A stretch of DNA of 64,000 bases from an uncultured Verrucomicrobiae bacterium (GTDB lineage Bacteria; Verrucomicrobiota; Verrucomicrobiia; Limisphaerales; Palsa-1400), in contig CAVPOM010000014.1 in NCBI GenBank assembly GCA_963707025.1, positions 128,001 to 192,000 of the forward strand, written 5' to 3'. This document shows, piece after piece, positions 1 to 9,900 of this stretch. Numbering within the stretch: the first letter of the stretch is position 1; each line of letters starts with the position of its first letter. The translations under genes were made by a program, and so were the position numbers. Under the pieces are notes generated by a model. The model was not told the DNA's origin and searched no databases. It was given only the letters and a program-made list of their open reading frames with translations.

Positions 1-900
1 CTGCAAGGGGACATTTGGCAGGTTGGCCTGGGCATCATAGGTCGCAATGTCGCTGGCCAGATAGCCGTCAAACTCGACCAGTGCCAGCGTCTGCCCGGTG
101 CCGGTAAGCGTCACCCCGGGGGTATAGGCGTCCCTGAAATCGTACCCCAGGTAGGTGCCTCCCGGGCCGGAACCCAGGTTGGGCGCTGCCCTCTGCGCTT
201 GCAGCAGATTCTTCGGCTTGGTCACAAAATGGGCATGCGGCTGGCCATAATTGTTCAGGCCGCTGATGTCCAGAACCGCAACCCCCGCCGGCACGGACGG
301 CTCCACATCCGGCGCGAAGAAATTCCGGTTCTCGGCCGGGTGCCGATAGACGCGCAGTTTCACCTGGAATGCCTTCTCAATATCCGCCACCGCTCCTGTC
401 ACATCCAGCAACAGCCGATTGGGATGCTGGCGCTTGACCTCCAGCCCGCTGGCCCGCGCAAAATCAATCAAACCCTGATAATCCTGTGCCGTGGGCCCAA
501 ACCGCTGCGTGAACTGCTCCGGGGTCAGATATTGGCGATAGTTCGCGCTGGCCGGGTCGTAGATCTGCTGGAGCAAGGTGTCGAGGGCTGCCCCATTGCG
601 CAAGGGCAGACCGATGGCCAGGTCCACGCGGTTGCTGCCGGGAAGCTCGCCGATGGATGGCAGGTTCCTCCGCTGAATCACCGCCGGCACATGGCCCTTG
701 AGTTGTTGTCTTTCCTGCGCCTCAGCCCGCCTGCAGGCGAACACCGCCATGACAGCCAAGAAAAACGTCAGCGACCGGAAACCGCCTTTTCCCGGAAACA
801 TCCAGGCGGGCGGGCCGGCGGCGCAAGCCGCCACCGGGCGCGCCTGCTCATTCGTTCCACTCTGGCCGTCGCTGGCCGGCAGGAAAGTCACTGGTTTCAT
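1..900 (-). CDS. S53 (sedolisin/kumamolisin) family peptidase with pro-kumamolisin activation domain; 3' part lies outside the window
   Basis: Not in the ORF track (no stop in window). Manual translation from ATG at 900 is open to base 1: hydrophobic stretch LTFFLAVMAVFAC..AEAQ, prodomain motif LPLRNGAALDTLLQQIYDPASANYRQYLTPEQFTQRFGP, then DFRDAY..TGTGQTLALVEFDGY typical of the S53 catalytic domain start. True start may be a downstream Met. Confidence 0.85.
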   Translation of the reverse strand, partial: MKPVTFLPASDGQSGTNEQARPVAACAAGPPAWMFPGKGGFRSLTFFLAVMAVFACRRAEAQERQQLKGHVPAVIQRRNLPSIGELPGSNRVDLAIGLPLRNGAALDTLLQQIYDPASANYRQYLTPEQFTQRFGPTAQDYQGLIDFARASGLEVKRQHPNRLLLDVTGAVADIEKAFQVKLRVYRHPAENRNFFAPDVEPSVPAGVAVLDISGLNNYGQPHAHFVTKPKNLLQAQRAAPNLGSGPGGTYLGYDFRDAYTPGVTLTGTGQTLALVEFDGYLASDIATYDAQANLPNVPLQ

Positions 901-936
901 GGTATTATGGCTGGGATGGATCGCAGGGTAATTGGG

Positions 937-3900
937 TTAGAAAGGGGTTGTCAATTTAAAGAAATGGAGGCTGTTGGTCGGCACGGTGACGGAGTACTGG
1001 CCGTTGACGATGCTGGGCGCGGGATTGGTCACCGTCACCCACACAATCGGCGGAGTGAGGTTGGTCGCCCCTTGCAGCATGTAATTGGTGGCCGCGACGG
1101 GCCAGGTGAATGTGTTGGCCATCGCGCTGGAAACAATGGAAAGCGTTGGCGCCGGATTGATGACAATCTTGAACGAGGCGAAGTTGTTCAACTTGATGGG
1201 ATCATACGCTAAGGACCCCACCACCACCGTGTCCAGAACGGTGCCCCCGCCGGCGTTGGTGGCCATGGCGGTCAGGGTCAGCGTGGCATCTGCGAACGGG
1301 GCCAATGAGCCGACGCTCCAAGTATTCGTCCCGCCGGCACTGGCCACTGAGCCCAAGGACGCCGAATGGCCCGTCAGAACCAGCCCCTCCGGCAGGTAAT
1401 TGGTCACCGTCGTCCCGAACGCCAAGGAAGGACCGTTGTTGGTCGCGACCAGGGTGATGGTGGCGAAATCGCCCGCCGTCACCGGGTTGGGGGTGGCACT
1501 GATCGTCACTCCCAGATCGGCGCTCGGCTGGCTGATGCTGCTCACCACGTTGGTCACGTTGTTCGTGCTCGGTTCAAGCTGGCCGGAGATGGCGATGAAG
1601 GTGTTTGTCTCCAGAGCGGCCGCGTTGGGCACCACCGCCACCTCGAAGGAGACGCCGGTCCCGACCGCCAGGGCGTTGACGGCAAAGGTCAATACTCCGT
1701 TGTTGTTGACGACCGTGCCGGGGAAGTTGTTGCTGAGATAGGTCAGCCCGGCCGGCAGGATATTGGTGATGAACACGCCGCTGGCCCCGGCCGGCCCGTA
1801 GTTGGTCAGCCCGACCGTGTAGATCAGATTGTTGCCCACCGTGGCCAGGACGGGCGCCGCCGTCACGCTCAATTCCAAATCCGTGTAGGAAGGCACCGGA
1901 TTGCCCGTGCTCAAATTCAAGCTCCAGCCGTTGCTGATCCACCCGTAATCCAGCGTCTTGGTGTCGGCCACGTAAAGCGACCAGGTGCCGTCGGCGGCGG
2001 TGCCGGAGAAGACGGACAAGTTGGTGGGATACGGATTGGCCGGCGCCGGGGGTGGCATGACGGGCAGGATGCCCCAGTTGTTTCCCACAAACAAGGTCAC
2101 GTTGGAGTAAGTGCCGTTGATATCAATATACTCATTGATATACGGGGTCGGCTTGTTCGTGGCGGATATATTATTGACAAGCTGGTTGCTCGACAGGTAG
2201 GCAGGGGCCGCATCGTCAAAGGTCAGGCTGAAGTTGGTCACCCCCAACCCGTTGCCGCCGCCCACCGCGTTCATCAACAACACATTGGTGACGGGAGAAA
2301 CCAGAACCATCATAATATCGCTCGGCAGGCTGTGCGTCAGGTTGCTGAAGGCGACGGTGACTTTGCCCACGTTCCCCGCCAGGCCCCCCACGGGGATGAC
2401 CGATGGATATGGACCGGCCGGCCCTTCCGCCGGAGTCGGCACGAAATTGGCGGCGGGAACGGCAATCAGATTGGTATTGGCGAAGGTGGTCGTGGTCGTG
2501 CCCAGGGTGAATGAAAACACTGCCGTCGCCAGATCGCGCGGGCCGTCCTGCAGTTGGAAAACCGCGGCAATGACCTGGTTGTTGCTGCCGTTGGCGGTGA
2601 AGGTGAACGGCTGGGAAACCGCATGGCCGCCCTGAATCAGCACGCCGTAGTTGTGCGAACTGCCCACTCCGGGGGTCACCGCGCTGCTGGCCTGCAAGGT
2701 GGCGACCAGGTTGGTGGTATTGCCGCCGGAAATGCACCGCAAACCAAAGTCCACCGTGACCGTTTCCCCCGGATCAATCAGCCCGTTGGTCGGCTGGAAA
2801 CTTTCATACACCAGCGCCGTGCCCGCCGCAATCACATAAGACCCGTCGCCCTCCTGGATGGTGAGAACTGCCGTGCTGGGCGGGCTGAGCACCGGCGGGA
2901 TCGCCCCGGCTCCCTGCGGATTGCTCAGGCTCAAGATCACGGTGTGGTCCGCCGTGATGATATGATCGTCAATGACATCAACCGCGAAACTCTGCGAAGT
3001 GACTCCGGGGGCAAAGTTCAGCGTTCCATTGGTGGCAAAGTAATTGACCCCCGCCTTTCCGGTTCCATCCGCGGTGGCAAACTGCACGCTCGTGTTCGTA
3101 TTGGTCACCCCGCTCACCACCACCGTGATCTGCACCTGCACCCCTTTTTCGTTCACCGCATAAGCCGCGCTGGAAAAGCTCATCGCCGTGACGGTGTTGG
3201 TGATGCTGATCACCGCGTTGGAGGGTGACAGCAGGTAGATATTAGTGGAGATGGTGGAAACTGGATTGGCCAGGGCGAAATTGAATGTTTTGGTGTTCTC
3301 CAAAACCCCGGGATTGAGAATAGTCAGCGTCACGTTGGTGCTGGCCTGCCCGTCCGCAAAGGTCAGCACCCCGTTGGTCGCCGCGTAATCCACCCCCGCC
3401 ACCGCCGTCCCGTCGCTGGTCGCATAACTGACCAACACGGTCCCGGTATTGACGTTCAACCGGTTGACCGTCACCACCACGTTGCTGCCATTCTCTCCAG
3501 TGATGTAGGCATTGGTCGCCAGTGCAAATCCGGTCACATCCCCAATGATCGTCACCACCGACGCCCCCGGACTGCCAATTTGCGTTCCGGGGCTGGCATT
3601 GGTCAGCACCACCTCGAAGCTTTCCGGCGCGTCCACCGTCTTTTGCTGGAAAATCGCTATCGGCACGGTCTCGAAGGTCTGTCCCGGCGCAAAGGTCAGG
3701 ACCCCGTTGGTCGGCCCGTAATTCAGCCCGGGAATGGCATAGCCGTTGGTCCCCGCCGCATTGGTCGGCGACACCGTGGTGTAGCCCACCGAGATGGTGC
3801 CATTGGTCGGACCGTTGCGCAGGATGCTGACCGTGACCGAACCGGAGGCTTCGCTCACGAAATAGTCCGCGCTGGCCATCGTAAAGTCCTGGATGTCGTT

Positions 3901-6900
3901 GACAATGGTCAGGGTTTCAACACTCGACCCGCCTATCGTCGTCCCAACCGGGTCGGACAAGGTCAAAAAGACCGTCGAATCCGGAACGGCGTTGGTGAGC
4001 TGATAGATGGGGATGGTGATGCTCTGGGAGGTTTGGCCGTCGGAAAAGAAATTCGTTTGCACGACCTGGCCGTAGTTGACCCCCGCCGTCGCGGTGCCGT
4101 TGCTGGTGGCAAACACGACGGAAATCGGCCCCGTCACACCATTGGTCCGAATCAAGTTGATCACCGCGTTCGAGGCCGCCTCGCCCACCGTATAGCTGGG
4201 CTGGTCGAAGCTGACGACTCCGGGGCCGGCATAGACCGTGGCAATGGTCAGCGTGGCCGAGCTGGGCGTCGTCAGAAAACCGTTGGTCGGATTGGTCAGC
4301 TCCAAATCCACCGTTTGATCGCTCAACATACTCGTGTTGTTGGACAAGCCTATCACCCACAGGTTGGTCACCACCCCCGGAGGAAAGACCAGCACGTTGG
4401 AGGCGGGGAAATAGTTCACCCCCGGCGTCGCGGTGCCGTTGGTTCCGGTAAAGGCCGTCACCGTCAGCGTGGTGATGGGATTGCCGATGCGCACCACGGG
4501 AATGACCGCCGCCCCGCCGGCCGCGTTTTCCGACTGCCGGTAGCTGGCCGAGGAGAAAGCCACCGCCGAGTTGGCGTTGGTGATGATCACCTGGGCCGAG
4601 GACTGGAACCCCAGCGACACCCCGAGCGGCTCGGACAAATTCACGTTGAAATACCGGTTGCCGCCCACCACCCCGTTGTTAATCACCGGCACCAGCACGT
4701 TGGTGAACGTCTCCCCGATGGGAAAGCTCACCGTGCTGCTCACCGCCGTGTAATCCACCCCGTTCAGCGCCGTCCCGTCCGCCGTTGTGAACAGCGCGCT
4801 CACCACCGGGTTGCCGGCGACGCCCGCCGTCCCCCCCGTCCGCTCCACCGTGATGAGCGCATTGGTCTGATTCTGCACCGCCCCATAGAGCGGTCCGGTG
4901 AAACTCAGCGAGCCGGGGCCGAAAATCTCCCCGCCAAACAGCCTCGTGAAGTTGTTCTGCACATACCCGCCAAAACTGGTAAACGAACCGCCCACGTTGA
5001 TTTCGTCATTGGCCTGGATGGCAATGGCATGAACGTAGCCGTTGGCCCCCGACCCAAAGTTGATCGTCGGATCCACCGACCCGTCGGCATTGAGCCGCGT
5101 CAGGCCATTGCGCGTCACTCCGCTGGCCCGGGTAAACTGGCCGCCCGCCAGAATCCTCTCCTGCGAATCTATCGCCAGCGTCTCCACCGTATTGTTGGCC
5201 CCCACCCCCACGTTGAAACTCTGGTCCAGGCTCCCGTCGGTGTTCAGCCGGGCGATATGATTCAAGCTCGCGCCGTTGACGTTGGTGAACACTCCCCCAA
5301 CGACGATCCGCCCGTCGGGTTGGATGGCGATGGCATGGACCGAACCCAGCACCGTGCCCCCGGTGTCCGCGTTGAAGGTCAGGTCAACCGAGCCATCCAG
5401 ATTCAAACGCACCAGGTGGTGATAATTCCCGTTGTTGAACGAGATGAAATCACCGCCCACAATCACCTTGCCGTCCGCCTGCACCGCCAGGGCATGCACC
5501 GCCCCGTTGGTGCTGGTCACGCCATTGCCGGGGTTAAAGTTCAAATCCACCTGGCCCGCGCTGGTCAGCCGCGCCACCCCGCTCCGTTGCACCCCGTTGA
5601 AATTGGCGAAACCGCCGCCGATCAGATAAGCCCGCACCGGCGGCCCGTTGTTCGTCGCCGGCGCCAGAAAGGTTTCCACCACCGCGTAGATCGTGTTGTC
5701 CGCGCCCGCCCCGGGGTTAAACGTCGTGTCCAGCGAGCCGTCCAGATTCAAGCGGGCGATGTTGTTGAACGGAATGTTGTCAAAGTGCGCAAAGTTGCCC
5801 GCCACCATGATCGCGCCATTGGTCTGGCCTGCATCCGGCGTTTGGCTCAGCACCACCTGCACCAGCCCGTCCGACCCCGCCTGCAGGTAGAGAAAACCCG
5901 TGTCCACCGATCCGTCCGCGTTCAGCCGCGCCACCTCGGATAATGGAATCTGGTTGGCAAAGGTGAAAAGCCCCCCCGCCAACAGCTTCCCGTCCGGCTG
6001 CAGGCTCAACGAGTTGACCACATTGTTGAAGCCGCTGCCCGTCAGCAGCGTCGTGTCCACCGAGCCGGGAGACCCCGTCACCAGTTGATTGTCCAGGATC
6101 GTGATCGTCCCGCTCTTGGGAAACGGATTGCCATTGGTGATGGCCGCCGGATTGGGGTTGGAAAGCGTCAAGCTGATCACCCGGTTGGCCGCGTTGGTTT
6201 CCGACGGCGTATAAAGAATCGGAACCGTAAAGGTCTGGCTCGTCACCCCGTCGCCAAAGATCAGCGTGCCGTTGGTCGCCCCATAGTTGGTGCCGGCCAG
6301 CGCCGGCTGGAAGGGCGGGATCAGCCCGCTGCCATTGGCGGTGGCATAATTGACCGAGATGGTTCCCACCGTTCCCCCGCGGCGCGTCACCGTCACGATG
6401 GCCTGCCCCGCGTTCTGCAACACATTGATGTTGGTCGGCGCAAAATTGAGCTGGCCGTAAAAATCATCGTCCACTATCGTCACCGGCACGTTGGTCGGGT
6501 AGAGCAGCACCAGGCTGTTGGTCGGCGCACCCGTGCCGTAGTTGGCCACCACCGCATTGGTCAGATACACATTGAAGGTCTTGGCTCCTTCCACCACATG
6601 ATCCTCGATGGTCGGGATGCTGACCGTCTTGACCGCCACGTCCCCGTTGGTCCAGGTCAGCAAATTGGAAACCGTCGTATAGTTGATCCCGTTGCTGCCC
6701 GTCCCGTCCGTCGTCAGGCATTGCACCGACAACAGCCCCAGCGCCCCGGCCGTGCGCTCGATGCCCACCTGCGCCGTCCCGCCCTTGGTCACGCTGTAAC
6801 CCGCGCTGGTGAAACTCAAGTGGCCGGGCTGAAAATGGTCGTCCACTATCGTCACCACCGAGTTGGTCACCAGGATGGGCGGATTATTCGTGTCGAATCC

Positions 6901-9900
6901 CGCCCCGTGCGTCGGGCTGAACAAAATCACGTTGAAAAACTTGTTCGATTGCAGGGTCGAGTGATTAAAAATCTGCACCTGGAAACTGGCGCTCACCGCC
7001 TCATCCGCAAAGTTCAGGTTGGTCGTGATCGGGTTATAATCCACCCCCGCCACGGCCGTCTGCACGTTGGGATCGTTGGTGTAACCGTTCTGCGTCTTGC
7101 ACCCGACGGAAACCGAGCCGTAACTGCCGTTGGTGCGCAGAACCGTGATGGTGACGAATCCCCCGCTCTCCGTCACGTTGTAATTGGTCGCGCTGAATCC
7201 CAGGGTGCCGGCCGGGAAGTTGTCGTTAATGATTTCCAGGCCGGCCAGGGTCAAGGCCGGCGCTGGCAGCATCGGGATGTTCATGCCGCCCAGATTGAAG
7301 GTGTCGTAATCGTTGATGGACAGCAGCGACAGGTCGGCAAAGAGGTTCTGCTGCGCCGCCTTGTTGTCGAAAATCGTCAGTTGCACCGGGACCACCCCGC
7401 CACCGAGGATGGTGACATTATTGGGGCCATAGGCGCCGTCCGCCGTGTCATAGCCGTAACCCGGCGTGGTAATGGGGCCAGCGGCCTCGCTCACGACGCT
7501 CAGGAAGGAATGGGGATACTGCGCAATCCCGTTGTTGATCAACCCAAAGTCAATATTACCGGCCGCCCCAGGACCGGGCGGGAGCGTATTGGTGGCCATC
7601 ACGATGTTGACCGGGCCTAAGGCCCCGTTGGTGCGGACCACGCTGATGAAGGTGCTGGGGGCCGTGTCGTTGGCGCTGTAGGTGCTCTGGGTGAAGCCGA
7701 CATTCCCGGGATAATTCGGAGGATTCCCCGCGACCGGGCCGGGGTTGGGATTGACTGGGGCGCCGGTGATGGCGTTGAACGGCAGGACATTGGTGCCTTG
7801 CGGACCCAGCGTGGGCGGACCGATGACGCTGGCCACGTTCCACCGGACCCTCACATCGTCGCGCGTAAAACCACCCCCCACCCGCACGAAACTGCCCCCG
7901 ATCAGGACGTTCTGATTGAGCGGCTGGTAGGCCATGGCATTGACATAATTGGGTGAGTTATACCCCGCCGGAAGCGGCAGGTCGTTCGGGTTGACCGCAT
8001 TGACATTATAATAGTGGTTGATCACACCGGCGAATTGATTGTAGGCGACATCCATGAAACTCGTATCCACCCACCCGTTGGGCAACAGGCGCGCGTAGCC
8101 GACCCGCCGCACCGACCCAACACTGGTAAACTGCCCCCCCACCAATATCTTCTGGTCAGGCTGGATGGACACGCAATACACCGGGCCGTTGGCCCCGGCG
8201 CCCGGACTGAACGAATTGTCCACCGAGCCGTCGTAATTCAGCCGCGCCATGCAAGGCAGATTGGTCAGGTGGACCTGCGAAAAACTGCCCCCGATCACAA
8301 TCTGGTTCCCCGGCGACTGCACCGCCACGCCGTAAACCGTTCCGTTGACGTCGGTGCCCGGATTGAAGTTGGTGTCCAGGGCGCCGCTGGGCGTCAAACG
8401 CGCCAAGCCGGGCCAGTTGGTGCCTTCGACCGTGGAGAAGGCCCCGCCAATCACCACATCCCCCAATGAGTCGGACGCCACCGCCCGGACACTGACTCCG
8501 TCAAAGTTTTCGTCCGTTCCCGCTCCCGGATCAAAGCTGGTATCCAGCGAGCCGGCGTGCGGTCCGCTGCCAAAAAGCCGCGCCACATGCACCCGGTTGG
8601 TGGAATCGTAGGTCAGGAAGTCGCCGCCGATCAGCACATTGCCGTTGGGATCCAGCGCCAGCGCCCACACCGTCCCGTCCGCCCCGCGTCCGGTGTTGAA
8701 GCTCGTGTCCAGCGAGCCGTCATTATTCAGCCGGGCCACATGGTTGGCCGTCACGCCGTTGAAGGAGGTGAACTTGCCTCCGATCAGGATTCTCCCCACG
8801 GCGTCAATCGCCACGGCGGAGACGAAATCATTGGGGCCGATGATGCCAATGCCCGAATCAAATGTAAAATCCGGCAGCCCGTTGGTCAGCGTCCGCACCA
8901 GATAATTAAAGTTGGTCGCATCATAAGAGACAAAATGGCCGCCAATCACCGCTTTACCGTCCTGTTGCACCGCCACCGCCAGCACCTCCTGGTCCGCCCC
9001 CGGCAGCGAGTTGAACGGAGGATAGGAATTGGCCACATTCTCCATGTTCCAACTCCGGTCCGCCGCCCCTCCCGGCTGTTGCTGGGTGTGAACTCCATGG
9101 ATGTCGGTCAAATTGGCGTCATACTGGATGATGACGCTGCAGGAGCCGACATTGCCGATGATGTCCCGGGGGTCCCCCCCGCTCGGTTTGGACAGGGTAA
9201 TCTGGATTTCCCGGTCAAATTCCACCGCGCCATTATTGTTGACAGGGATGCTGATGCCCACCCCCACTCCCCCCTGGCCGCCGCCAGGCACCGGCGGGAT
9301 GGTGATCGAGCCGGACCCGGTTGGGCCGTAAGGCGCGCGGAAATCGTCGTTTTCCAGGGTGGCAAAATTGCCCGGAGGTTGCGGCGCCGGAAGTATTTTC
9401 TCGCCGATGGCAAAATCAGCCCCCAGCTCCTGCGTGGTGGGCAGGGCCCATGCCTGGGGATTGCCAGTCAAGCCGTTGACCGTGTAGTTGAGGGTGGTGG
9501 AGTGGTCACCCGGGCCCCAGCGCCAAACAGTCACGCCGACAGCCGGGATGGGGAAGTCGTTGGTGGTTTGTTGCGCCGATTTGGGAAAGCGGTAAACCCG
9601 GTTTTCGAAGTTGATGGCATCGTAGTTGGTGCAAGTGTCCGGCAGTCCGAGAACCGCTCCCGGTTGAATGTTGTAGAAATCATGGATGGACATCACGGCC
9701 ACACCGGTGTTCCCCGCGCGAAAACCCCCGCCAGCCATGGCGCCGGTGCCATCTGGAGCCACTTCGTTGGGCGCCAGCGTCGGCACCGCCACATCCAGGC
9801 TCTCCAGCGGATCCAGGCGCGGATTGGCCAGCGACAGAATCACCCGCCGCGGTATGCCCGGAGCGACGAGGTTCCCCAGTATATCAGGCCAATCCGGCCC

